Source of the DNA: Malacoraja senta
Lineage: Eukaryota
NCBI GenBank assembly: GCA_038087875.1
Contig: CM075988.1
Coordinates: 11,100,001 to 11,164,000 of the forward strand
DNA length: 64,000 bases
Direction: 5' to 3'
Every line of letters begins with the position of its first letter. Within the stretch, counting starts at the first letter, position 1. Shown one piece after another: positions 36,986 to 48,943 of the stretch. Made by a program: the position numbers and the translations under genes. A model generated the notes under the pieces. The model was given only the letters and a program-made list of their open reading frames with translations. It had not been told where the DNA came from and did not search any database.

Positions 36986-37067
36986 GTGTATGTATGTGTG
37001 CGTATGTTTATATGTATATATTATATTTATATGTATATATGTATATATGTATATATGTATATCTATC

Positions 37068-37299
37068 TTAGGTTTCGGGTTTTGTTGTATTCAGGTTTCG
37101 TTGCCGCTGCTCTCTCCTCAAATTGTGCTTCTGATTTTATTTTTTTGTGTTTTTGGAAGGAATTCTGTCCCTGATTTGTGTATTGGTCTTTATAACTTAT
37201 TTTTTAAATTCTGATTATATGTTTCCTCTAAATCTCTGTATGGTGTCCTTGAGACGCCATAAGGCGCCCGTAAATAAAATTCATTATTATTATTATTAT
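37068..37299 (+). mobile_element. L2-type LINE 3' UTR and tail
   Basis: TGTATGGTGTCCTTGAGACGCCATAAGGCGCCCGTAAATAAAATTC(ATT)n, a stem-loop plus ATT tail typical of fish L2 ends. Confidence 0.65.
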
Positions 37300-39093
37300 C
37301 TATCTTCTATCTATTTCTATTCTATTATATAAAACTCTGTGGCTGCCATCCGTCCATCCGTCCGTCCGTCCGTCCGCCTGCTTGATTTGTGCCACCCAGC
37401 CCCTTTGATACCGCCCTACGCCCACACCGCACACAGAAACGCCGATATTGTTTTCAATTTCGAAAGAGATTTCATTTTTCTTTACGAATAGCCACTCCTG
37501 ATTACATTTCGTCCCCACTTTTAAAATAAAATACTTCTCCCCCCCCCCCACCCCCAAACATTTCAAAATGTTAAACAAACAGCTCTCAGCCATAGAATGT
37601 TAATAAAGATTCTGTTGTGTGATGTCACAATGCCCAATGCTCACAGATGACAAATCGGAATGGATCCATTTACAGCAGCCCCAGCCCCTTTGCAGCAGCC
37701 CCAGCCCCAGCCCCTCCCCCCCACCCCTGCAGCCTGTGTTGAAGGGCTTCGTCACGTGTGTGGTAATAGAGAAAGAGGATTGGGGGTGATAGGGAATGGG
37801 GAACAGATGGACTGTCCCTACCCCTCCTACTTCCACTCTCCCTCCCTACTCTTCCCCCTCTCTCCTCTCCCCCTCCCTCCACTCCCACCCCCTCTCTTCC
37901 CCCTCCACCACCCCTCTTCACCCCCATCTCCCCCCCACCCCCTTCCCCTCTCTCTTGCACCACTCCCCGCTACCCCTCTGCCCCTCACTCCCCACTCTTC
38001 CCCTCTCCCTCCCCCACCTCTCTCCCTCCCCCCTCCCTCTCTCCCTCTCTTCCCCCTACTCCTCTCCCCTTCCCCTCATCCCCTCTCTCCACCTCTAACA
38101 TCCCCTCCCCCCCTCTCCCCCCTTCCTGCCCTCCCCGCTCTCCTCCCACTCCCCACTCTCCTCCCCCTCCCTCTCCCCCACCCTGCTCTCTTCTCCCTCA
38201 CCAATCTCTCCCCTTTCCTCCTCCCCCTCTCCCCTCCCTCCCCCTCTCCTCTTCTCTCCCCACCCCATCTCCCTCTCCCCTCTTCTCTCTCCACCCCGTC
38301 TTCCTCTCCACCCCTCCCCCCACCTGTGTTTGGGGGGTGGTTAGTGTGAGTGTGATACCGCAGCCCCCCCCCCCCCTCCCGCAAATGCGCGTTGGGAAAA
38401 CAGCCCGCCAACATTCTCTCTGTCTTTAAGACAGAACTGCAGATGCTTGAAAATCAAAGGTAGACAAAAAAATGCTGTATAACCTCAGCGGGTGCAGCAG
38501 CATCTATGGATCAAAGGAAATAGACAACGTTTCGGGAAAAAACCCGTCTGACCCGACCTATTTCATTCACTCCATAGATGCTGCTGCACCCGCAGTGTTT
38601 CACGAGTTTTATTGTGTGTACCAGTCTATCTGTCTCTCCCCTCTCTCTCTCTCTCTCTCTCTGCCCTTCACTCTTCACAGCCCGCGGCTCGACTCATGCA
38701 CGCCTGCTCCAACCTACCCCCTTCACCTCTCTCCCCATCCTCTTCTTCCTCTCTCCACCCCTCTCCTCTCTCACCCTCCTCTCTCCCCCACCTTCCTCAC
38801 CCCCCTTCCTCTCAAACCTCCTCACTATTTTTTTTTTCTAACATTAAATTTTCTCTCTCTGCCCCCCCCCCCCTCGAGACGCACCTGAGAGGTGAGGGCT
38901 ATTCGTCAGTAGATAGGGTGGAGATGGGATAAAAGATGAAAATTAAAATATTAAGATAATATCAAGGGGTGTGATGAGTGTGTGTGTTTGTGGGTGCAAG
39001 ATTCACACCCCGCAACCGTGCTTTGGATGTACAGACCCAACGGGGGGGGGGGGGGGGGGGTGGTTAGTGTGACGCCACAGCCCCCCCGCCCCA
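37299..39093 (+). mobile_element. Putative non-autonomous Helitron-like element with long C/T-rich tracts and a nested PLE unit (~38430-38620)
   Basis: 5' TCTAT repeats then TCTATTATATAAAACTC and a (CCGT)n microsatellite. A terminal-like block GGGGGGTGGTTAGTGTGA occurs at ~38332 and ~39055. I see no TIR or TSD, and no canonical 3' CTRR. Confidence 0.5.
37815..38325. repeat. Polypyrimidine (C/T) low-complexity tract
   Basis: About 500 bp almost entirely C and T. It is the source of the Pro/Leu/Ser-rich and Gly/Arg/Glu-rich pseudo-ORFs. Confidence 0.95.
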
Positions 39094-40702
39094 AACTTTT
39101 TTTTCTTTTGTTTATTATATTGGTTTAATGTGCACTATGTTTACATATGCTGTTGTGCTGCAGCAAGTAAGAATGTAATTGTTCTATCTGGGACAAATGA
39201 TAATATAACACTCTTGACTCTCCCTTAAGAATTAGGCCATTTGGCCCATAAAGTCTACTCTGCCATTCATTAATGGCTGATCTCTCTTTCCCTCTCAACC
39301 CGTCTCCTGCCTTCTCCCGATAACCCTTGACACCCATACTATCCAATAATTTTTCTTTGGACCGGGTCTTTCTGAAGCCTGTGAGAACCTCGGAATGGAG
39401 TAGTGAGATGCTAAAGATGTCTGTGAATACCTCTGCTTGCTGATACTCACAGTCCCGCGGTTGTGACCAGGGTGTCCATCAGGACCATTTGATATTTTAC
39501 TTTGTCCTGGTTTTTGCTCAGTGCCCATATTCCTTTGTGGCTAGGTTCTATTTTATCCAAATATCTGTTAGTTCTGTTAGTGACTGAGCATCTTCAGCTC
39601 TCTGAACAGTGAATTGTGAAGAATTATAACTTACTGTACAACAAAATTTCTCCTCCTCTCAGTCCCAAAATCTTATTTGAAGCCTCTCTGAGGAAAAGGC
39701 CTTTGAGGAGCAACCCCTCACAGATTTTGTTTGTAGTTCAATTAGATCGGCTCTCATTCCTTTCCACTCCACTGAGGCTTGGTCCATTTTACCTCGTCTC
39801 TCCAGCAGAAGTCCCCTTCAAGTTGGCTGTTTATTATTACTGAGTATATCTAGTGCTCTCATTTGGAAGCAGTGAATTTTGAAGCATTCACGGTATCCCT
39901 TTGCTCTGCTACCCAATTTGATTTTTTAAATTTTTGATAGATTAAAGGTTATTGTATATTGCCGCCAACAGCTGAGTGACAGGAGAATCAGCAGAGTTCA
40001 TGCCAATGTGCAAGAGCATAAATGGGAAAATGGAACTGATGGGAATGCTTTGAGAGCTGGCATAGATTCAGGGAGCAGAAATGCCCTTGTTCGTTCTATG
40101 TGGTAAAAAAATATATATAAGAAAAAACAAACAGAAATATGCAACTTTCTTCTATTCCTGAGCTAAATAATCCTTTTATGTTGATAGACACAAAATGCTG
40201 GAGTAACTCAGCAGGTCAGGCAGCATTTCTCGAGAAAAGGAATAGGTGACGTTTTGGGTTGGAATCTTTCTTCATCCTGGTGGAGTTATTTTGTGTCTAT
40301 CTTCGATGTAAACCAGCATCTGCAGTTCCTTTCTTTATCAACTTTTGTTGAAACTTACATGTCAGTTATATTAACAATTTATAAGTTTATTAGTCATTTT
40401 GTGTAAGCCCTTTCTGTATTGATCATTCTTTAATTTGATAATACCTTAATTTGTTAATATTCAAGTGTTTCAATTCTTGTCCAAATTATTCATTTAACTT
40501 TGGAGTAACTGCAAATCTAGATTTGATACTGATGGAACTTCATTTTTTATCTGAATAGTTGCACCTTACTCTTGCTTTACCCTTCCTCTTTGCCTGCTAT
40601 CTTAAAATCAGCTCATTATTCTGTCCTAGTAAAACATCTTGACCCAAAATGTCAGCTGTCCCACAGGCTCCACAGTTGCTACCTGACACAGCATTCCTCA
40701 AG

Positions 40703-40804
40703 AACGTCTGAAGAAGGGTCTCCACCCGAAACGTCACCTATTCTTTCTCTCCAGAGATGCTTCCTGTCCAGCTGAGTTACTCCAGCTTTATGTGTCTATC
40801 CAGA
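40703..40804 (+). mobile_element. PLE terminal fragment with hammerhead-like core (40708-40735) and 10-bp TSD
   Basis: CTGAAGAAGGGTCTCCACCCGAAACGTC. TSD ATTCCTCAAG at 40693-40702 and 40805-40814. Confidence 0.8.
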
Positions 40805-41077
40805 ATTCCTCAAGCAGTTTGACTTTTGCTCACTATTGATGGTGCTATTGATATTAGTCTCTGCTTGTATTTGTGTTGACATTTGGAACCTAAAACACAG
40901 GCAAGGGCCCTTTGGCCCTCAGTGGCCATTCTGAACATAATGCCATATTCAATTCATCTTTGCTGTCTGCACATGATCCATATTCTTCCATTTTCTGAGA
41001 CACTTTTTCTACGGACGATTGGAAATTTAGATAAATTGCATATGTTGTTGACATTACTTTCTGTTATATCAAATAAC

Positions 41078-41348
41078 AGAAGCAGCAGCAGAGACCCTGG
41101 TTCGATCCCGACTACAGGTGCTGTCTGTGCGGAGTTTGTACTCTCTCCCCATGTCCACGTGGGTTTTATCCAAGATCTTTGGATTCCTCCCACACCCCAA
41201 TGACGTACAGGTTTGTAGGTTAATTGGCTTGGTATAAGTGTTAATTGTCCCTCATGTGTGTAGGTAAGAGAGTGTTAATGTGCGGGGATCACAGGTTGGT
41301 GCGGACTCGGTGGGCCGAAGGACCTGTTTCTGTGCTGTATCTCTAAAA
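41078..41348 (+). mobile_element. HE1-type V-SINE, 5'-truncated
   Basis: GGTTCGATCCCGACTAC, V-domain and GGGCCGAAGGACCTGTTTC tail. Confidence 0.87.
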
Positions 41349-42825
41349 TAAACAAAAGAAATTAAGCGGGGTTGGTCAAGCAAGGTGTAAAGATTTGCTA
41401 CTATTCGTTGTCGTACTTCAGGTTTCTACCTTCGCCCACCCCATCCCCATGTGTTGTAATCCATTACTTTTGAGTCGTCTTTTGTTAATCAGTGTATGAA
41501 AGGAATCCATTACTTTTCTCTCCCATTACTTTTCCCTCTGACAGGGAATGCATTCCATCGGTCTTATGGCAATGCGTGTTGATAGCATTCTGTGAGCCAG
41601 TGTGTGCTCCACCTGCCAAATCAGTGCTTGAGTGGTTTGCAGAGCAGTCCCAGTTGCTGATGGGGATGACGGCCTTGCAGGTGAGCTTGTCTCAGCAAGC
41701 TCAGAATCTGAACTGTCATTACAGCAGCACCGATGGTGAGGAATGAATGATGACCTACTCAGAGCTTTCCAGTTCCACACAGAAACAGTAGCAGGCAGGC
41801 CTCACACCGGTGGATTTACTGCTGCGTTCATTTGATGAACCATAGCACGAGGTATTGCTAAAATGCACAAACTCTCCATGCGCATTACGTTGAATAACTT
41901 GTAGAAGCAAGGAACTGCAGATGCTGGTTTACAAGACCCAAAGTGGTAGATTAACTCAGCAAGTCAGGCAGCATAACTGGAGAACATGGATAGGTGATGT
42001 TTCAGTTTGGTACCCTTCTTCAGACTAATTGTTGAGGGGGGGGGGTGGGAAGAAAGCTGAAAGAGTGGAGGGGCAGGACAAAGTCTGGCACGTAATAGGT
42101 TGATACAGGTGAGGTACATCAGGACCATCTTTTGCATAATTGCAAATGGAATTGAGCATCGTGCCATTTCTGGCATTCCAGTGCATGGCTCATTGAACTG
42201 AAGATATTTGGGTGCATAAAGATACTTGATCATCTGTTTGCTTGAAGTGTTTATGACTTAAAATTTGAAAAAAAAAAGTGTCACATCTCATCTTATCTCA
42301 ACCTGAAGAAACATGAATGGTGATTCACCATTCTCCATGGTGAATGCTAACTTTCACTCTTGGTGTATAAATAGAACAGTTGAACCAGAAGCTCAACTAT
42401 TTATGCCTGGCTTAATATTCCTGGGGCCTTGGCAAGTTGTTGTATTGCTCCTTTACTGAAAGGATAGAAAAAACAAAGTAACATCATTGATATAGAATCC
42501 GTCTGATTCATGTCTCCAATCTCACAAGATAGTCCAGAGGCATATATTTACTCATGGGAAGGAGTTTTATGTTTTGGGTGGATGGTATTTGGGATTTTAA
42601 TAACAGTACATCAAACTTTCAGTGGCCTGAGCTATGTAACTGTATAAAAAATAAACAAGCTCTTGCCGTGCACTAAGAGGAAGCAGTGCAGGGACGTCAT
42701 ACATTAGAAAGGTCTGTTTTCACAGCTTTCTTATTGTTTGGAGGCACTTTTGTCTTTCTGGGACAATGGATCACTGCACTGACAGTTGTGTAGAACACAA
42801 AACTTATTGCACTTGATGACTATTT

Positions 42826-43116
42826 AAGTTTAGTTTGGAGCCACAGCGTGCAAACGGGCTCCTTGGCTCACCGAGTCCGCGCCAACTAACAATCACCCCA
42901 CACACTAGTTCAGTCCTATGCTCCAGGGATAACTTACAGAAACTAATTAACCTACAAACCTGTACATCATTGGAAAGTGGGAGGAAACCAGAGCACCCAG
43001 AGTAAACCCACACGGTCACAGGGAGAACATGCAAATTCCATACCATAGTCAGGATCAAACCCGGTTTTCTAGCGCTGTAAGGCAGCAACTCTACCCGTTG
43101 TGCCGCTGTGCCACCC
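42826..43116 (-). mobile_element. HE1-type V-SINE
   Basis: Reverse complement of the head GGCACAGCGGCACAACGGGTAGAGTTGCTGCC, V-domain and (TAAAC)n tail. Confidence 0.87.
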
Positions 43117-44619
43117 ACTGTTTTAACAATGTTCATGTTCCCACTCCAGCTCTTGTTTTATTTATTTAGTTTTGTTCCCTCACCCAAGGCTGTGTTGGCA
43201 ATCGTAACGCTGTGACGATGAATTCAGTTCAAGATCTCATTCCTATCCAACTGTTCTTACTCCTGCCTGACCCAGCAAAGGAGATCTCTTAGATTGAGGT
43301 AACATTTCATTTGTGTTTATTCATGTGCCTCAGATTAATATCATCGCTCGCCCTATTCCAAATGGCTGATTAGATTTTACTGCTGTATTAAATTCCACAT
43401 CACAATGTGTGAAATGTATTTGCACAGTTGATTGATTTAGAGAATTGGATGATTCCCTGGTCGAACAGTGGGTTTAAAAGTCCACACAGAACAGCAGTGT
43501 GAGCCTACCTCTTCAGTTGAATGCCCCATCAATAGAAATTTGCTGATTTCTGAGAAATTGTTACATGGCTTAGCCGGAGCAGAATATTTGCGCAAATACA
43601 ACGCTGTGTACCACGTAAATAAGCAACAAGAGATTCATGATTACCGAGGTAAGTAAATGGCACATTTTAATGAGCAAAAGCAAAAGAGTTTGCAAATGTA
43701 GTTTGTTAAAGAAAAGCTGTGTTGATCCTTTTTTCCCCACAGTGTAATCGAGAAAAACTAATTACTTTTTCATCTCTATCAGCAAATCTTGGTGGAAATG
43801 AGTGAACCTTGACTGATTGTGGGAGAGGGAGTAAACCACTGGTCAACTGGGAATTAAAGGACTTCTTCACTTCTCGTTAAATCTAAATTAACATAACTAG
43901 ACATCAAACATCTGATCCTTTTTGTCAAGCATTCTATTACATGCTGGTATTGGGGGAATAATGGGTCTGTATGTATATGTTATGGCGGAGTGTAGCATTG
44001 ACTGAATTGCTGTTGATGGCACATGGCTCTAACAATCCAGGTTCTCTTCTGATTTTGGATGCTGTCTTTGTGGAGTTTGCACATTCTCGCGGTGACTTCA
44101 TGGTTTCCCCCAGGTGCTCCAATTTCCTTCTATATGCGAAATAGTGTTGGTTAGTTCATTGCCTGCTTTAAATTACCTCTGGTACAGATATATGACAGTC
44201 ATAGAAAGTCGATGGGCATACGAGCGAACTAGGTGAGGGAGGATTAGTTTACCCTGAGAGCCATCATGGACTTAATGCACTGAAAGTCATCCTACTGTGC
44301 CATTACAACATTATAAAAATATAATGTAAATCTAAGTTTTAGTTTTGCACATAATTTAATTAGATCGTAGAATTTGTATGTTTTGAAAGAATGGAATGGT
44401 TGACCTTGATGCTAATATTGAAACTTGTATCAACAAAATACCTCCACTTTGGAAAAAACTTAGTCCAGGTTTTTGTTCATTTTCAACAGCAATGATGACA
44501 TTTTTATAATTATTTTTCCATGAAAGAAATGGTAAAAATGTAAGTGCAAGTCTTGTCTCGACATTGTGCTTAACAACAAACGCGAAATCTCGGTTAGAAT
44601 GCAAGAAATAATGGGGCAC

Positions 44620-45190
44620 TTAGATAGGATGGGGGCATTAAGAGGCTTTTAGATAAGTACATGGATATGCAGATAATGGAGGGATATGGATTATGTGCAG
44701 GCAGAGGAACATAGAACAGTACAGCACAGCACAGTAACAGGCCCTTTGGCCCACGATGTTTGTGCGAAACATAATGCTAAGTTAATGATCTGATCTGCCT
44801 GTATATAATCCATATCTCTCTAATGCTTGCACTTCCATATGCCTATCTAAAATCCTCCTAAATGCCATTATCACATCTACCCGCACTATCACCCCTGGCA
44901 ATGTGTTCCAGGCCCCCACCACTCTCTGTGTTTAAAAACATAACTGGGTCTGTACATCCTCATTAAATATTCTTCCTCTCAGCTTATAGCTATGCCTTCT
45001 AGTGTTGGACATTTCCACCTTGGGGGAGAAAAGGTTGTGACTTCCTACCCTATCTCTTGGCTTGGATGTGATATGACATTATATAACTTTGGAGATATAT
45101 CTAATATCAAAAACGAACATAAGTTTGGAGATTAGTTTTACTTGGTATCATGTTTGGCACAGACATTGTGGGCTGAAGGGCCTATTTCTA
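44620..45190. mobile_element. Nested CR1 3' ends: plus-strand tail interrupted by a minus-strand fragment (44705-45056)
   Basis: GGAGGGATATGGATTATGTGCAGGCAGAG resumes as GAGATTAGTTT..GGGCTGAAGGGCC after the inverted insert. Confidence 0.7.
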
Positions 45191-45290
45191 AGTTTTTTGT
45201 TTGGTTTTGTGTATTAAATTCCAATATACATCCTTTAAGCTCCAGAAGCAACAATATGAGACAAATTAATCAGATGATTGGTGAAATCGA

Positions 45291-45536
45291 GTGAAGGATG
45301 AATGTTTGCCAGGGCAATGGAAGAAATGTCTTTGCTCTAATCAGAATGCACACTATGGGATCTTTCACGTCAATCTGAGAGGGCTGTCCATTGCTTTAAG
45401 TTAACATTTCATCCAGAAGATGGTACCTCTGTTAGCAGAGTGGGACTGTACTGGATTGTTGGCTTTGATTTTTATGTTCAAGTTTCTGAAACATCAGCAT
45501 TCTGCGGTTAGAGTGTGACTAATGAGCCATGGCTGA
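45291..45536 (-). mobile_element. Old DeuSINE (SacSINE1-like) relic
   Basis: ATGGGATCTTTCACGTCAATCTGAGAGGGC...TTAACATTTCATCCAGAAGATGGTACCTC...TGAGCCATGGCTGA resembles, from memory, the reverse complement of the Deu-domain and tRNA head of shark DeuSINEs. Confidence 0.62.
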
Positions 45537-45577
45537 TGATAGCTGAGTTTCCCCAACAAAGGTTTCTGACAGTCTAG

Positions 45578-45888
45578 GTTTAGTTTACTTTAGAGATACA
45601 GCACTAAAAGGCCTTTAGCCCACCGAGTCTGCACCGACCAACTATCCCCACATATTAACACCATCCTACATGCACCAGGGAACAATATTTCCATTTACCA
45701 AGCCAATTTACCTACATACCTGTACGTCTTTGGAGTGTGGGAGGAAACCGAAGATTTCGGAGAAAACCCACGCAGGTCACGGGGAGAACGTACAAACTAC
45801 GTACAGACAGCACCCATGGTCAGCATCGAACCCGGGTCTCCACCGTTGCTAACGCTGTAAGGCAGCACCTCTACCGCTGCGCCACCGT
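45578..45888 (-). mobile_element. Full-length HE1-type V-SINE
   Basis: Head CACGGTGGCGCAGCGGTAGAG, V-domain and tail on the minus strand. Confidence 0.9.
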
Positions 45889-46320
45889 GTCGCAAAGTCA
45901 TGCTGCAAAGTTAGAAAACTTTGGTTAGGCGGCATTTGGAGTAATGTATGTCGTTCTGGACAGTACAGAAACTATATGGTGGCTTTGAAAAGCGTGCTTA
46001 ATTGAGGAAATTTGCTTAAGTGCAAGACCTGGCAATAAATTGTATCCAGTTTCACAAATAATGAATGTGTTATCCAACCTGCTACTCTAAAACAGAAATT
46101 AAAATTTTCACATGCATATTTTCTATGAACTGCTTTACAGTGATTGGGGAACTGGATGAGGTGAAAATTCCAATCTCATTAGGATTGGTCGCTTAAATTG
46201 GGTAAAATATTGCAATTCCTGATGGCAAACTGATTTTGGTTTCACCTGAAGTGTAAAAGTTACAATCATAATGTTATTGATTCTTTTGTTGCCTCAGGGC
46301 AGTATCCTGGGATCAAAGAT

Positions 46321-46526
46321 AGACACAAAAAGCTGGAGTTACTCAGCAGGACAGGCAGCATCTCTGGAGAGAAGGAATAGGTGATGTTTCGGTTCGAGAC
46401 CGTTCCTTGCCCCGAAACATCACCCGTTCCTTCTCTCCAGAGATGCTGTCTGACCCGCTGAGTAACTCCAGCTTTTTTGTGTATATTTTCAGTTTAAACC
46501 AGCATCAGCAGTTCCTTCGTACACAC
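46321..46526. mobile_element. PLE-derived fold-back unit with 15-bp TSD, inserted into an old LINE RT remnant (~46285-47100)
   Basis: Inverted arms. TSD CCTGGGATCAAAGAT at 46306-46320 and 46527-46541. The host reads PQGSILG before the insert. Confidence 0.85.
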
Positions 46527-47681
46527 CCTGGGATCAAAGATCTTCAGTTCATTCATGAATGTCCTTTCTCCTAAACAAAAGCCAGAAATTGGGATGCTTG
46601 ATAATGATTACACACTGTTTAATTATTTTTGCAGCTGCATAAAGGGTCAGGCAGGTGATGCCTAAATGTAACAGGATCTAGACTTTATTTAGGCAAGGTC
46701 CAGGAAGTGGCAAGACAGCTCTCGTAATACAGTCCAACCACTCACCCTTGAAAGCATCAAGTCTGTACTATTGTTAATCACTCATCTGGGCTTGGCATCC
46801 AAATTATATAGTAACAAGTGTTGGGCTGACCCTGTGCTTATTGATTAACTTTCCGACACATCTAGCCTTTGTAACATGAGCAAGACACATCGATAATATG
46901 ATTGAATACTTTGTTGGATGAGTGGACCTTCAACAAAACCTAAGAGTCTCAGTACATCAAGGATAAAGAAAGCCATTGGTTTGGCACCTCATTTAGCATC
47001 TGCAACATGGACTGCATAGGCCAGAATCCAAGATGGCAAAGATCTCTTGCTATCTTAGTTGGGATAGATGAAAGGTCATCAGTAGGTTGAACATGTGGAA
47101 AGTGGACCATGGCAAAATTGGAACCACAGTTGAAAGCCAACTTAAAAGAATTGGCCTTGCCAGACAAAGTGAAGCTTGGTGGATTTCCAATAAATATTTT
47201 CAGGATTCGATGTTTTCAGCTGTGCCAAAATGAAACTCAACCATGGTGATAATTGTGTTGAGCTTGATATTTAATTTAGAAAGAGCATTTATCTACTTGG
47301 ATGAAATTGCTGAGAATGATCATCTACCTGTTATTGTGTTTCACCCCATAAATGATCATTATGTTGAACAGATATTTTTTGGCAATATGAAAAAAAACAT
47401 TCACAATGATGGACAACATCCATTTCATCCCTTGACTAAAAAAAATCATAACTTGAAAATTCATGAGGCACATCCAACAATAGAGCATTCATGGAATACA
47501 CTAAACATTTTGCTGTTCTACATTTCAATTATGTAATCGTGCATTTTTGAAATAAATTATATTTTCTTCCCTGCGCCATAACTGAGCTGATCAAATACAA
47601 CCGGTACAATCTTGTACCGTAAGCATTTATACAAAACCAAATTGCATCCTCGTTCAGTTGAAGAAGGGTTCCAATAGCTCT

Positions 47682-48180
47682 GTCTCCCCCTATCTCCCCC
47701 CCATCTCCCCCCCGTCTCCCCCCCATCTCCCCCCGTCTCCCCCGTCTCCCCCCCCCGTCTCCCCCCTCTCCCCCTCTCTCTCCCCCTCTCTCCCTCCCTC
47801 TCTCCCTCCCCACTCTCCCTCTCCCTCCCCCTCCCCCTTCCCCTCCCCCTCTCTGTCCCCCCCTCTCTCTCCCTCCCTCTCTGTCTCCCCCTCTCTGTCT
47901 CCCCCTCTCTGTCTCCCCCTCTCTGTCTCCCCCTCTCTGTCTCCCCCTCTCTGTCTCCCCCTCGCTGTCTCCCCCTCTCTGTCTCCCCCTCTCTGTCTCC
48001 CCCTCTCTGTCTCCCCCTCTCTGTCTCCCCCTCTCTGTCTCCCCCTCTCTGTCTCCCCCTCTCTGTCTCCCCCTCTCTGTCTCCCCCTCTCTGTCTCCCC
48101 CTCTCTGTCTCCCCCTCTCTGTCTCCCCCTCTCTCTCCCCCCTCTCTACCACCCTCTACCACCCTCCACCCCCTCTCTCC
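47682..48180. repeat. C/T-rich tract containing ~18 tandem copies of the 14-mer CTCTCTGTCTCCCC (~47876-48134)
   Basis: Directly visible periodicity. It produces the GETERGRQRGGDRE pseudo-ORFs. Confidence 0.95.
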
Positions 48181-48943
48181 CACCTTCTTAGATACATAGA
48201 TAAATCGAAAATAGGTGCAGGGGTAGGCCATTCCCCCCTCCCAACTACCATCTCCCCCCCCTCTTTCTCCCTCTCTCCCTTCCCGAAAGGGTGGACTCAG
48301 ATTTGACTGGTATAAAATGAATTGTAAATTATCACTTTATTCAAGTAGAATTTGCCCATGATGGAGAAACAGAAGATAATGTTTTTATAATGTACAGTTT
48401 ATACTAAGATACTTGGAATCTTCGTGTCCGTGGACTTTTCAAAAACGAAAGCCATGGCTTTATAGTTTTCATTAATTCAACAAATGGGCAAAGAGAATCC
48501 AATTTTATCTTTGAAGTTAAAGTTTAAAAAAAACATCAGCTGTATCATGCATAAATATTAGCATTGGGTAAAAAGAAAAATTCAAATTTTTCTTCTGCAG
48601 AGACAATGAAAGTAAAAATGAAAGGAAGGCTTAAGGTAATCAAAGCATGAATATAGACGAGGGAAACAGACCCACGTTCCTTGCGTATCATTGGCAACTT
48701 AACATGTTGAAAACCAGAAGATAGAAGTCTGTTCTCATTCAGCAGCTCTAAACATACATTCCATTTACTTTCCACCTCCAAACTTCTGTTCCAATGAAGT
48801 TGAGACTGAGGAGGTGAGACTTTCAGCTACCTTTCCTCATTGAGGATACATATCAAATGCTAGTTTTCATGTTATATTTTTGTCGTCATTCTCCCTGCCT
48901 TTGATTGAGCTAAGTGAGAAGACTTTGAATGCTATTCAATGGA

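Noticed and set aside
37660..38349. 229-aa proline-rich ORF and antisense Gly/Arg-rich ORFs
   Set aside because: Artefact of a C/T low-complexity tract that cannot contain stop codons.
47529..48231. 207- and 224-aa repetitive ORFs; possible CRISPR-like array
   Set aside because: These are translations of a head-to-tail 14-bp minisatellite. There are no unique spacers and no cas genes, and the context is eukaryotic.
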